Shown here one piece after another: positions 26,341 to 40,139 of a stretch of DNA of 64,000 nucleotides; positions within the stretch are counted from its first letter, which is position 1; each line of letters opens with the position of its first letter. The notes beneath the pieces were generated by a model that was not told the origin of the DNA, made no database searches, and saw only the letters and a list, made by a program, of their open reading frames with translations. The position numbers and the translations under genes were made by a program. This stretch comes from Eledone cirrhosa (taxonomy: Eukaryota), in the NCBI GenBank assembly GCA_964016885.1, contig OZ024740.1:79236001-79300000 (forward strand), in the 5' to 3' direction.

Positions 26341-26983
26341 GTAATAGTAATAGTAATTATTATTATTATGCTGAGATTGGTGGTGGTGGTGGTGGTGAAA
26401 TTGCCGTTATCTGGCTGTTGTGTTTAGTGTACACAGAGGGGTGATGGGGTAGGTGGTGTATCTAGTTTCTGATGTTGGTGAAATTGCTGTTATTTGGCTG
26501 TTCTATATAGTGTAGACAGAGGGGGTTTTCTTCCATTTATAACCATTTTCTTTTTTGAATATAAAATATATAATACAAAATTGAATATTTGAGCGATATA
26601 ACAATATATTATGGATCCGAATTTTTTGGGACTCAAGCCAGATGTTTTATGCAACATTTGTACTAAGAATTGTTATTTCACAATTGATTTAAATATGTTA
26701 AAAAATCAAAACTTACGGGAGCGATTTCTCGACCTTCTATCCACCATGTGTTATTATTATTATTATTATTGAATGCTAGGTTGACGGAGGCTCTGCTCTG
26801 TAAGGTATTGTAAATTTTGACCGCTATAACAATTGTAAATTGTTTAAAACTTTAACCAACTTGTAGACAAAAACACCCCCCTCCTCATGAGAGGGGTCTT
26901 TCTGTCCGTTATTTGGCCCTTCGGGGTTAAATAACTGCTTATTGGGGTTTTGTGCCCAATATTTATTTTAAACAAAAAACAAC

Positions 26984-29070
26984 ATGGCTACGAAAAAGAA
27001 TTTTCATAGGTCACTCCCACTCATTCCGTCTTCTTCTTCCTCAATCGTCACTACAGCAGAGAGAAGATTGTCTCTCTCCCTCCCTTCTCTTTCGCAAGCG
27101 ACGACAGAAAAGAAAAATCTCGTGCAAAGCGTGCAAGATTTCTCCACGACGACGACGACAACGACGAAACAGGTGTGCGGGAAATACGAAAACCCATTTC
27201 ATTCGTCTGACGTCAGGAATAATAGCAGTAGCAGCCGTAATAACAACAGCAACAGTGACAAGGAAAACAACAGTAGCAGCCGCAACAGCATCAGCAGCAG
27301 CATAAACAACAACAGCATTAGCAGCAACAACAACAACAGCAGCAGCAACAACAACAACCACAGCAACAGCGGCGCTGTAGTCGTAGTACCTGCAGAAACA
27401 ACAAAAGTAACAGCAGCTCTGACGACAACAACAGCAGCAAAGAAAAACCAATCTCGTTTACAGGTATCGCAAAGAACCTGGAAACCATCCTCATAACAAA
27501 TGAGGAATTAGAGGAAGCGAAGAAGATGGTGACAAAAACTGGACACCGAGCAATCTGCAAGGCAGCCGAAAACTTTTTCGAAACCAAACAGCACTGTACG
27601 GTCACGTACCGTACAGTAAGTACAAAATCCCGTAGGGTTGAAAGAGCCACAGAGGCTCAAATACAAAAATCCTTGGGGTCTGTGTGGCAGCGGAAAACGC
27701 ACATCACCCGAGGCAAGAAATATGCCACCGTAGACGTACTTTTTGCCACACCCCAGGAGGCAAAGGCTCAATCCTTAGTGACCCTAAGGAGCGAGGAAAT
27801 GGTGTTGGTGCCCTCCTACTGCGGGCAAAAAATTGTGAGGGTCAAACTGACCCACGTCCCCCCCCCCCGGGATGGCCCCTTCTTGGCTGGCCGCGTCTGT
27901 CCTCGTCGGAATCGAGGACAAAACAACTGTACTGCAAGTACAGAAAAAAGTAAGAGAAGATTGGGTCGGTACCTCCATTGAGATGTTAATCCAAACCAAC
28001 CAGGAGTGCATCGAAGCTACCCCGGATGTGATAGACTTCGATAACGGCACTCAATTGCCCATAAGTATTGAGGGCAAACGCCCGAAATGCTTTCGCTGTG
28101 GATCGAAGACTCACCTCAGGGCCTTCTGCAACGAGAAGACCCTGAGAAAGGAGAAAACCCCCTCCTTCCAAAACCGGCTCCACGGCTACCAGCAACAGGA
28201 CAAGCGGCAACCAGGAACGATAGGTCCGTGGCATCCATACCCACGCCACGGAAATCAAAAGCAGCAGCAGCAGTGGAAGTATTAACAACAACAACAGCAA
28301 TACCAAATGCAGCTGCAACAGAGACTCCAGTGCAAACATCACCAACAACAAGTGAAAGAGTGGAGCTGGTACCCCTCCCCGACCTCACAGAATCAGACAT
28401 GGAGTGTGAGGTGGGAGAGGGATGGAAAAAGGTCGTAAGAAGGCACAAACGCAGAAGCAGCGCATCGTCGCCTTCGAAAAGGGAGGAAAGAAATAAAAAA
28501 AGGGTAATGGCTACTGCAAAGAGACTCACAGCAGCAACACCACCAACACCATCACCACCCACACTAGCACCACCATCACCACCGGCGACAACCCCACCGC
28601 CAACAACAACAACACCTTCAACACCACCACCACAAGTACCAACATCGCAAACACAACAACAAAACACACACACCCAGCAACAACGACAAGAAAATAGCAG
28701 AACCACACCCCACCCCCAGAAAAACAAATACACAGCAATAAATACACACAACAAGAAACTAATGACTTACATAATTGAACACACAGACATTTCACAACAC
28801 GAATACATAATACCAGCACCAATCAAAACGCCAACTAACATAAGACTGCTAAAAATAGCACAGAAACAATACACAAACATTAAAACGAAATTCCCCAACG
28901 CAGTTGGTGATTTCAGAGACCTAGGAGGGACTCTCAATCGAAGAGTATATTCGGACATACTCATAGAAGTGCAGACGAACAGCTGAAGGGACGATTCAAC
29001 GGTCCCTTCACCAGACGATCAAGTGAAAAGGGATGGAAAAACCGTCCCTCCTCTACGGAAAGTACGGTAA
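26984..29070 (+). pseudogene. Tx1 ORF1 (RRM-like region, CCHC knuckle), frameshifted
   Basis: KRPKCFRCGSKTHLRAFC. After a premature TGA at 28984 the frame continues to ...DGKTVPPLRKVR*, matching copy D. Confidence 0.85.
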
Positions 29071-29105
29071 GTGGTCTTTCCCATCTTTTCCACTCTATTT
29101 TAAAC

Positions 29106-32100
29106 ATGACCTCACTCAGAATAGGCAGCATAAATGCGCGTGGCTTGGGGTCGTCATGAAAGCAGGGTCACCTGCTCAACGACCTCAGGTCACTAAACAT
29201 AGATGTAGTGGCCATCAGCGAGACCAGAATCTCCGAAGCACGGGCCTTCGCACCGACGGCGGCTACGATGTGTACGAATCTCCCAGCCGTCCTGGATCGG
29301 GGGGTGGCGTTGCTGTGCTTTTTCGGAGATGTTTGGATCTCGCCATACTGGCCATCTACCTGGACCCAGAGGGTAAGTTGGTGGTGCTGGACGTGACCAG
29401 CGGAGACGAGCAAGCTTTCAGGCTAGTGGCCGCCTATGCCCCGACAGGAGCAGGGCGGCCTGATTTCTTCCGGGGTCTGGAGACCTTTCTTGGAACGTCC
29501 CGCTCTTTAGTGTTAGTGGGCGACTGGAACGGGATCTTAGATGCACGCTGGGACTGTGTGGGATTAGCGGATAGGGGTGGAGGGTGCAAGAGCCTCACCA
29601 ACCTGCTCAGGCGTTTTGAACTGTCTGATAGGTACCGATTGGATTTCCCGAATGTGCCAATGTGGACTTGGACAAATCGCATAGGGTCATCCAGATCATA
29701 TCTAGATAGAGTATTTTGTAGGGAAATAGATAGGTCTAGCATAGGCTGTCCACAATTCAAGATAGTCAGCTACACGGACCACAAATTCTGGATCTGTGTG
29801 CTTGACTTAGATAGGCTTCATAGACGAGGACCCGGCTACTGGAAGCTAAACGCGTCCTTACCAGCGCGCAAGGCCTACAGAGACCGGATTAGCGAACTAG
29901 TTAAGCGGGGGTTGACGGGGGCCATCGTCAACAACAAGTGGTGGTTTGCTCTGAAAAGAGCGAATAGAATAGAATCCATTAGGTTTAGTAAGGCTTTAGC
30001 AATAGAGAAAAATAGAGCAGAGGGAAAACTAGTTAGAAAATTAGACGAGGCGCTTAGCAAAGGCATTGCGACCGACGTGCTTGCGGGGAAATTGGCCCTT
30101 GACCAATTCTTCAATGCAAAGCACGAAGGCTGCGTTGTCAGAGCTAGGGTGCGTGCTCTCAGATACCAGGGGACGAAAGTCGTTCAATGGGCCCGAGTGG
30201 CGGAGGCGCGTCGTGGTAACAGAGCCACGATCCGGTCTTTGGTGGACCACGACGGGCGCATGCTACTCGATCCCGGGCAAATGTGTGAAGCTTTTCAGCG
30301 ACACTTCGCTCAGCTGTTCGGGGGCAGCGGTGGGCCGGGTCGAGGGATGGACTTTAGTGTCTACCTCGACGGACTGCCGCGGCTCTCGGTCACTGAGGCG
30401 GAGTGTTGCGAAAAGCCGATAACAGCCGCTGAAATAAGGGAGGCAATGACTGGCTGCACAAAGGGTATATCGTCTGGTTTGGATGGTCTGCCCTATGAAC
30501 TTTACGTACAGATGCCAGACTTGTTCGGAGGCCTCTTGGCGGACGTCTACTGCAACTGGCAACAGAACGGGAGAATTCCCAGTTCTGTGAGCCGAGGAGC
30601 GGTGGCACTGCTGAGAAAGGATCCGAACAAGGGGGATAACATAGATAATTTCAGACCCATAACTCTGCTAAACACAGAGTTCAAGATTTTGGCCAAGGTG
30701 CTAGCAAAGAGGTTGGCGCTTGTCGTTGGTGGTCTGGTGCGAGAGGCGCAGACATGCGCCATTCCCGACAGATCCATCCACGACAACCTCCACCTCATGC
30801 GATACATCTTAGAGAGGGTAGCTAGGGAAACTGGCACGGGTGGGTCCTTGATCAATTTAGATCAGTCGAAAGCTTTCGATAGGGTCGACCATCTTTACCT
30901 AGCGGCAGTCCTGAGGGCGGCTGGCTTTGGGCCCGTCTTCAGAAGCTGGATCGTTGCCATGCACAGCGACATCTGCTCTGTGGTGAGAGTGAACGGTCAC
31001 CTTTCGGAACCGTTCAACATCATGCGCTGGGTCCGCCAAGGATGTCCCCTCTCGTCCCTCTTGTACGTATTGACTCTCGAGCCATTACTGCACAAACTGG
31101 AGACGTTGAGGGGCGTCCCGCGCGAACTAGGATGCGGAAGATACGTGTCAGCATATGTGGACGATGTCACCGTAGTGGTGTCGAACGCCAAACACATCGA
31201 GGCGATCGGCACTACACTAAGAGAATACGAAGCGGTGACAGGAGCAATGATCAACCAGGAAAAGTCAGTGGGCCTGCAGCTCGGCACCTGGAGAGGCAGG
31301 TCCATGCCGTCCAACAGCGTCGTCGGACGCTGGGCGGACGGACCGGTTAAATTGCTAGGGGTCTGGTTCGGTCCGGACTTCCAGACGGACAAAAACTGGG
31401 ACGAGGTGACGAGCAGGGTGGCTTCTCTCACCCAGAAATGGGCGGAGAGGAAGCTATCCCTGAAAGGTCGAGCGGAGGTGGCTAACGCGTACATCGCGTC
31501 TGTCATCTGCTACCGCCTGACCGTCGTACCTTGTCCTAAGCCCCGCCTGACTGCGCTGGAGCGTTTGCTCTTTCGCTTTTTGAGGAAGGGACGCGCTCCG
31601 ATGGTCAGGCGGTCCATCTGCTGTCAACACCCGCTACGTGGAGGGCTGGGAATGCCGTGGCTGATGATGCGCAGACACGCGCTCAGGCTACGACATCTCC
31701 ACCTCTTCCTCGACGGTGATCAGGTGTGGTCGCCGTTTGCTAGACACGTATTTCTCCAGCTCGTTTCCTTGACGGAGCTGCAGTCCTGTGTCAAGAGAAG
31801 ACCGTGAGGGACCGCCTGGAGACTGGAATGTCTTCAGGCGCTCACAGCTCTCGACCAATCGGGCAATGTGATCGGTGGAAACTCCACCTTGGCGTTCTAT
31901 AGAGGATTAGTGGAGAGGAAGAGCGACGACGTACTTGGGGAAACTCTAGACGTCGACGAAAATCAACTAGCCAATCTCTTCGGAAGAACTTTCGGGCCGG
32001 CACCTATGGACAACTTCCAGAAATCTCTGGCCTGGCAGTGCTACCGAGGAGCCTTGCCAGTTCGAGATAAACTCTACAGGCATGGAGGTGCCGTCCACCG

Positions 32101-32521
32101 GGCATGTCCGAGTTGCGCTCAGGGCGACGAAACCGTCCTGCACGCACTCGTCCAGTGTCCGAAAATTGCTGACTTGTGGGTTTATGTCGAACACCTGCTG
32201 TCGCGTGTAGGACGGATCCGGCTATCATCTGAGTCCATCGTGAAGATTTCCCCGCCCTCTTCCTTTAGCCGGGAAGGGCAGGCAGTTTTTATCTGTCTGG
32301 TGGCCATGGCGAAATAGATAGTATGGTGGACACGTTTGAAAGGGCTGAAGACGAGCACTTACCTCTTCGGTGATGCCCTGATTAACTTTTGCAAATTTCA
32401 TTTGAAAAGGAAAATCAGGGTAGAGAGGGAAGTGCTCTCTTCCCAGCATTTTGTTGAAAGATGGGTGAGAGAAGCAAGAATGGCCCTAGTGAATGGCCCT
32501 ACTCTGTGTACGTATCTGTAA
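29106..32521 (+). pseudogene. Tx1 ORF2 (APE, RT, zinc finger)
   Basis: True start MTSLRIGSINARG; GDWNGILD, FRPITLLN, KAFDRV, QGCPLS, YVDD, CPSC..ETVLHALVQC. Early stop and frameshift, stops at 31805 and 32315. Confidence 0.95.
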
Positions 32522-33019
32522 ATTACAGGTGGAAAACTGGGAGAGGGCACTTGCCTTGGTGGTCAGGGTCACTGTGGCCTTTTACTGGGCTTTCTCCACA
32601 AATGTCCCTCCGAAGCCCCTCCCCCCCCCCACCTATTGGGGAATTTTTCATTGTTATTTTTTTGTTACATCCTCTGTTTTTGTTCTTTACACGCAGAAAT
32701 GCCCATTTGTACCGTCCTGTATTGTCCTGCACTGTCCTTAATGTCTACTTTATGTAAACCTTTGTGGTTAATAAAGAAATCATCATTATTATTATTATTA
32801 TTATTATTGGCGACCTACGTAGTAAATCGTATCATCGTGAGCTCCGCAAAGGTTTGTTATTTCCGTTTGTTAAAAATTGCCATTTATGGAAAATTTTTAT
32901 TGTTAACTATATATAAGCGCACATACATTGTTTTGCGAAAAGGACACCCAAAAAGATTGGGGCCTTGTGCCCAAAATTTAAACTTTTATGATTATCAAAA
33001 AATTTCTTTGAAAAATAAA

Positions 33020-35014
33020 ATGGCTAATTCACCTCTGCACCAAGCAACTGAAAGCCTTCCTCACAAATTAACACCTCACACCGACACCACCATTGTAAAT
33101 GATACTACGTTTGCCAACACAAACAATTTAAGCACTAGCAATATTTTAAATTTGTCTCAGGCAGACATTCATTTCCCGCCATTACCAATGAGTGCAGGTG
33201 TTAAAGACGCCACCGCCACCACCACCACCACCGCGACAACCCCCACCCCCACCACCACCGCGACAACAGAAACAAAAGGAAAAAATAAATCAACTCGTGA
33301 TGTCGAAATATTTTCACCCAAAATGGACTCTTCCAAACCGAACTCCACTGACGTCACCACCACCACAACTGACACTAAAATAAATAATAACAAAAATAAC
33401 GATAGCAACAACAACAACAATGACATTAAAAAGACCACCCTGAGTTTTGCCAGAGTAGCAAAACAGTGCGAAGCATTTACGGTAACTCAGGAGGAATTAG
33501 AAAATGCCAAAAAAATGGTAAAGAAAGATGGGTACAGGGTCAGTCTCACCCCCCTCCCACCTAATAAAATGGAGCATCGGCGCCTATGCACCGTGTCGTA
33601 TCGAACAATAAATGTAAAATCGCGCCGAGTGGATCGGGTATCCGAGTCCCAAATCCAAAAAGCTTTGGGACATGTGTGGGCAAGAAAAACCCACATCAGA
33701 CGTGGGCGGAAGTATGGAACCGTGGACGTGTTCTTTGAAACACCAGAGGAGGCTAGAGAACACTCCATGGCCCCATTAAGAAGTGACGACTTCACACTCG
33801 TCCCAAGCTATTGTGGCCAGAGACTCGTAAAGATCAGGGTGACCCACGTTCCACCAGCCATCGAAATTCCCTGGCTAATAGCGGCCGTCATCGCCGGCAT
33901 CGAAGCCAACACAAAGATAATAGCAATAGCAAAAGAAAAGCAGGAGAACTGGTCCGGATCTGGGATGGAGCTCCTGATCCAAGCGGACCAAAAAAGCATT
34001 GAGGAGATCCCAGAGGTAATAGACCTCACTAACGGCAACCACCTCACCGTAATTGTCGAGGGCAGAAGGCCTAGGTGTGTCGTTTGTGGTGAAGGAACCC
34101 ACCTAAGGGCTTTCTGCACTCAGGCTAAAAGGTTGAGGCCACCTCTCCTACCCACCCCAGTGACTCAACCATCAACACCACCAGTAGCAGAGATGGCAGC
34201 AACAACTGTAGCAGCAACAGCATTAGCAACTATAACAGCAACAATCCCAGCAACAGTAGCAAAACCAACACCACCACCACCAGCAAACCAACACCACCAC
34301 CACCCAACGCTTCAGAACTAGCACCAGCGCCTACACCATCCACCACGCCACAACCAAAACTAACGCCTGTGGAGGATTTTCCACTCCCCGGCCTATCACA
34401 ACTGGAGACAGATTGTGACGACGAGGAGTGGGAAACGGTATCAGGAAAAAAAAAAAGAAACCAAAAAAGAAAAAATGCTCTTCCTTCCCCTCTCCAAAAA
34501 CAAAATACAGAGGGAAACAAATAAATTTACAAACAAAAAAGTTAGGACAGATATGCCACCATCCACACCAGCATCACCAACCCCATCAACCCAAACACCA
34601 ACACCATCACCATCATTAACCCCAACACCACCATCACCTACACCACAAAAGTCACCAAAATGCGAAACAGAAACAAACCCACAACAAACGCAAACAAAAC
34701 AAAACAACCAAAACGATACACACTACACAGCATTAAATTTGAACAACAAGCAATTATTACACTACATCCAACACAACACCAGCATCACAGAAAAAGACTA
34801 CACAACAACCCAAAAATTCACACCACCTCCACACATACAAATCACTCGCATCACACAGAAAACGTACATGACACTAAAACAAAAATTCCCCAAAGACATC
34901 GGAGACTTCCGACAAGCACTCTCCAGGAGGATTTATAAGGACATCCTTCCTGAGGAGGCCACAAGCAGTGAAAAGGATGGAAAAACCGTCCTTCCTCTAC
35001 GAGAAGTAAGGTAA
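33020..35014 (+). pseudogene. Tx1 ORF1 (RRM-like region, CCHC knuckle), frameshifted
   Basis: RRPRCVVCGEGTHLRAFC; ends DGKTVLPLREVR*. Confidence 0.87.
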
Positions 35015-35048
35015 GTGGTCTTTCCCATCTTTTCCACTCCTTTTCAAC

Positions 35049-38000
35049 ATGACCTCACTCAGAATAGGCAGCATAAATGCGCGTGGCTTGGGGTCGTCAT
35101 GGAAGCAGAGCCACCTGCTCAACGACCTCAGGTCCCTAAACATAGATGTAGTGGCCATCAGCGAGACCAGAATCTCCGAAGCACGGGCCTTCGCACCGAT
35201 CTTCGGCGGCTACGATGTGTACGCATCTCCCAGCCGTCCGGGATCGGGGGTGGAGTTGCTGTGCTTTTTAGGAGAGGTTTGGATCTTGCCATACTGGCCA
35301 TCTTCCTGGACCCAGAAGGTAAGTTGGTGGTGCTGGACGTGACCAGCGAAGACAGGCAAGCTTTCAAGTTAATGGCCGTCTATGCCCCGACAGGAGCAGG
35401 GCAGCCTGATTTCTTCCGGCGGCTGGAGACCTTTCTTGGAACGTCTCGCTCTTTAGTGTTAGTGGGCGACTGGAACGGGATCTTAGATGCACGCTGGGAT
35501 TGTGTGGGATTAGTGGATAGGGAAGAAGGGTGCAAGAGTCTCACCAACCTTCTCAGGCGTTTTGAACTGTCTGACAGGTACCGATTGGATTTCCCGAATG
35601 TGCCAATGTGGACTTGGACAAATCGCATAGGGTCATCCAGATCATATCTAGATAGAGTATTTTGTAGGGAAATAGATAGGTCTAGCATAGGCTGTCCACA
35701 ATTCAAGATAGTCAGCTACACGGCCCACAAATTCTGGATCTGTGTGCTTGACTTAGATAGGCTTCATAGACGAGGACCCGGCTACTGGAAGCTAAACGCG
35801 TCCTTACCAGCGCGCAAGGCCTACAGAGACCGGATTAGCGAACTAGTTAAGCGGGGGTTGACGGGGGCCATCGTCAACAACAAGTGGTGGTTTGCTCTGA
35901 AAAGAGCAATTAGAATAGAGCCCATTAGGTATAGTAAGGCTTTAGCAATAGAGAAAAATGGAGCAGGGGGAGAATTAGTTAGAAAATTAGACGAGGCGCT
36001 TTGCAAAGGCATCGCGACCGACGTACTTGCGGCGAAATTGGCCCTTGACCAATTCTTCAATGCAAAGCACGAAGGCTGCGTTGTCAGAGCTAGGGTGCGT
36101 GCTCTCAGACACCAGGGGACGAAAGCCGTTCAATGGGCCCGAGTGGCGGAGGCGCGTCGTGGCAACAAAGCCACGATCCGGTCTTTGGTGGACCACGACG
36201 GGCGCATGCTACTCGATCCCGGGCAAATGTGTGAAGCTTTTCAGCGACACTTCGCTCAGCTGTTCGGGGGCAGCGGTGGGCCGGGTCGAGGGATGGACTT
36301 TAGTGTCTACCTCGACGGACTGCCGCGGCTCTCGGCCACTGAGACGGAGTGTTGCGAAAAGCCGATAACAGCCGCTGAAGTAAGGGAAGCAATGACTGGC
36401 TGCACAAGGGGTAATTCGCCTGGTTTGGATGGTCTGCCCTATGAACTTTACGTACAGATGCCAGACTTGTTCGGAGGCCTCTTGGCGGACGTCTACTGCA
36501 ACTGGCAACAGAACGGGAGAATTCCCAGTTCTGTGAGCCGAGGAGCGGTGGCACTGCTGAGAATGGATCCGAACAAGGGGGATAACATAGATAATTTCAG
36601 GCCCATAACTCTGCTAAACACAGAGTTCAAGATTTTGGCCAAGGTGCTAGCAAAGAGGTTGGCGCTTGTCGTTGGTGGTCTGGTGGGAGAGGCGTAGACA
36701 TGCGCCATTCCCGACAGATCCATCCACGACAACCTCCACCTCATGCCATACATCGTAGAGAAGGTAGCTAGAGAACCTGGCACGGGTGGGTCCTTGATCA
36801 ATTTAGATCAGTCGAAAGCTTTCGATAGGGTCGACCATCGTTACCTAGCGGCAGTCCTGAGGGCGGCTGGCTTTGGGCCCGTCTTCAGAGGCTGGATCGC
36901 TGCCATGCACAGCGACATCTGCTCTGTGGTGAGAGTGAACGGTCACCTGTCGGAACCGTTCAACATCATGCGCTCGGTCCGCCAAGGATGTCCCCTCTCG
37001 TCCGTCTTGTACGTATTGACTCTCGAGCCATTACTGCACAAACTGGAGACGTTGAGGGGCGTCCCGCGCAAACTAGGATGCGGAAGATACGTGTCAGCAT
37101 ATGTGGACGATGTCACCGTAGTGGTGTCGAACGCCAAACACATCGAGGAGATCGGCACTACACTAAGAGAATACGAAGCGGTGACAGGAGCAATGATCAA
37201 CCAGGAAAAGTCAGTGGGCCTGCAGCTCGGCACCTGGAGAGGCAGGTCCATGTCGTCCAACAGCGTCGTCGGACGCTGGACGGATGGACCGGTTAAATTT
37301 CTAGGGTCTGGTTCGGTATGGACCTCAAGACGGACAAAAACTGGGACGAGGTGACGAGCAGGGTGGCTTCTCTCACCCAGAAATGGGCGGAGAGGAAGCT
37401 ATCCCTGAAAGGTCGAGCGGAGGTGGCTAATGCGTACATCGCGTCTGTCATCTGCTACCGCCTGACCGTCGTACCTTGTCCTAAGCCCCGCCTGACTGCG
37501 CTGGAGCGTTTGCTCTTTCGCTTTTTTGTGGAAGGGACGCGCTCCGATGGTCAGGCGGTCCATCTGCTGTCAACACCCGCTACGTGGAGGGCTGGGAATG
37601 CCGTGGCTGATGATGCGCAGACACGCGCTCAGGCTACGACATCTCCACCTCTTCCTCGACAGTGATCAGGTGTGGTCGCCGTTTGCTAGACACGTATTTC
37701 CCCAGCTCGTTTCCTTGACGGAGCTGCAGTCCTGTGTCAAGCGAAGACCGAGAGGGAGCGCCGGGAGACTAGAATGTCTTCAGGCGCTCACAGCCCTCGA
37801 CCAATCGGGCAATGTGATCGGTGGAAACTCCACCTTGGCGTTCTATATAGGATTAGTGGAGAGGAAGAGCGACGACGTACTTGGGGAAACTCTAGACGTC
37901 GACGAAAATCAACTAGCCAATCTCTTCGGAAGAACTTTCGCGCCGGGACCTATGGACAACTTCCAGAAATCCCTGGCCTGGCAGTGCTACCGAGGAACTT

Positions 38001-38458
38001 TGCCAGTTCGAGATAAACTCTACATGCATGGAGGTGCCGTCAGCCGGGCATGTCCGAGATGCGCTCAGGGCGACAAAACCGTCCTGCACGCACTCGTCCA
38101 GTGTCCGAGCATTTCTGACTTGTGGGTTTATGTCGAACACCTGCTGTCGCGTGTAGGACGGATCCAGCTATCAGCTGACTCCATCGTGAGGATTTCTCCG
38201 CCCTCTTCCTTTAGCCGGGAAGTGCAGGCAATTTTTATCTGTCTGGTGGCCATGGCGAAAGAGATAGTATGGTGGACACGTTTGAAAGGGCTGAAGACGA
38301 GCACTTACCTCTTCGGTGATGCCCTGATTAACTTTTTCAAATTTGATTTGAAAAGGAAAATCAGGGTAGAGAGGGAAGTGCTCTCTTCCCAGCATTTTGT
38401 TGAAAGATGGGTAGGAGAGGCAAGAATGGCCGAGCCTACTCTGAGTATGTGTCTGTAA
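35049..38458 (+). pseudogene. Tx1 ORF2 (APE, RT, zinc finger)
   Basis: Near-identical to ORF2 of C; frameshifts near 35250, 37305 and 37525, stop at 36695. Confidence 0.95.
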
Positions 38459-38731
38459 ATTACAGGTGGAAAACTGGGAGAGGGCACTTGCCCTGGTGGT
38501 CAGGGTCACTGTGGCCTTTTAATGGGCTTTTTCCACGAATGTCCATCGGAAGTCTCCCCCCTATTGGGGAATCTTTCATTGTTATTTTTTTTTGTTACAT
38601 CCTCTGCTTTTGTTTTTTACACGCAGAAATGCCCATTTGTACCGTCCTGTATTGTCCTGTACTCTCCTTAATGTCTACTTTATGTAAACCCTTGTGGTTA
38701 ATAAAGAAAGCATTGTTTTTATTATTATAGA

Positions 38732-38933
38732 TGGCGGTTGATTGGCAGTATCGGTAGAGGATCGGACGCCATGCTTTGACGCATAGAGTTATGGCCCTTT
38801 CCATTCTGAGTTCAAATCCCGCCAATGTTAACTTTGCCTTTCATCCTTACGGAGTCGATAAAATAAAGTACCAGTAATTGCTGGCCTTGTGCCTAAAGTA
38901 GAAACAATTATTATTATTATTATTATTATTATT
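38732..38933 (+). mobile_element. SINE, full length
   Basis: A box, B box, core and (ATT)n tail. Confidence 0.9.
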
Positions 38934-39299
38934 GTATGTGTGTGTGTGTGCGCGTTGGTGTGTGTACGTGCGTGGGGGTGTGTACACACACACGTATATA
39001 TATTTCTTCAAATCCACTTTTACATGTACTTTTACATGGATTTTGTGTAGAATATTGTAAGTTCTTATATAGTACGTCTAAGGTGGTGTATTGGTAGAAA
39101 CGTTAGAGCGGTGAACACAATCCTTTCTCATATTTATTCCGTCTTCTTGTTTTTCAAGCTCAAATCCTCAAGGTGTCCGTTTTGACTTTTATCCTTTCTC
39201 GGTCGACTGGGGAAATTTTGTACAATGATTAACACAATAATTTTTATTCTTAAAATCGATTTATGTTAAATATTAGTAGATCTATTGTAAAACAATTCA

Positions 39300-39622
39300 A
39301 GTGCCTTTTGTGGATATGAACACGGAAAAGGAAGGGAAAAGCACGGGCTCTAGGGTCACAGAAGAATGGTGAGGGGTGTGTGATGGGCTCTAGGTCCCGG
39401 CGATATTGCGGCTGCGACCCAAGAACATCACCGCAAAAATATTCCCGCAGACAATGGCCAGCGACACCCGCTGCAACAGCCACCCTTCCTCGCGGGACTC
39501 CTTTCTCAGACGGGCTGCTGACGTACCGATTTTAATGAGGAGCTCGGCAGAACGGGCTCCAAGTACGCCTGAGGTCTCGACGGCGACCGGTGCGAAGACG
39601 AAGCGGCCGGACAACCCCCGGA
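39300..39622 (-). mobile_element. CRE-clade LINE 3' fragment
   Basis: FVFAPVAVETSGVLG...WLLQRVSLAIVCGN (C-terminus of the restriction-like endonuclease region). Confidence 0.75.
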
Positions 39623-40139
39623 ATATATTAAATAATAAACGAGAAGAAAGAAAAGAGAAAAAAAGGAGTTAAATAAAAATGTGGCGGTCTGGAGATAGGG
39701 ATGAGCAGACTCTACACTCCTGTTTAGGCACTATATTTCAGCTGCGTCACGTGAACATGATGGCGGCATCCACTTGCGACATCCACTATCTCAGCCATTC
39801 CAATCACGGGGATTCACTTCTTCACCAGCGGTATTGATAACAGTTGTTTTCCTCCTAACTAAATTGTAACATTCATTTTTTTTTTCTGCTGCTTTATTTT
39901 GTGGTTATATATTCGCTGCTTCATTCATGATGCAATATAAGTAAAATTGATCTATTTGATAAGAAAACATTACCATTGATACCAATAACGGCTGAATACG
40001 TTACAAAACTGTTTGTCTTAGATTGTTTATATTTATTTAAAAATCCCCCATCGTAATTTTAAGTAAGAACTTTGTTAAATAAAGAAACTTAAGATTAAAT
40101 AGCAGTACATAATGTAATCAATTAATTAATCGCTGAAAC

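Larger units (their letters stand above)
26771..32780 (+). mobile_element. L1/Tx1-clade LINE, copy C
   Basis: Flanked by (ATT)n on both sides; ORF1 plus ORF2; 3' end TGTGGTTAATAAAGAAAT. Confidence 0.95.
32809..38710 (+). mobile_element. L1/Tx1-clade LINE, copy D, head-to-tail with C
   Basis: Starts after (ATT)n at 32786-32808; ends TGTGGTTAATAAAGAAA. Confidence 0.95.

Noticed and set aside
29033-31807. 924-aa ORF as an intact ORF2, and likewise the ORF starting at 35015
   Set aside because: The N-terminus is out of frame; the true start is ATG 29106 (35049 in D), and independent frameshifts join the frames.
32636-33019. N-terminal extension of the 561-aa ORF
   Set aside because: It runs through C's 3' UTR, the (ATT)n tract and D's 5' UTR; the likely start is ATG 33020.
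38732-38825. tRNA gene suggested by A and B boxes
   Set aside because: No cloverleaf; it is the head of a multi-copy SINE.
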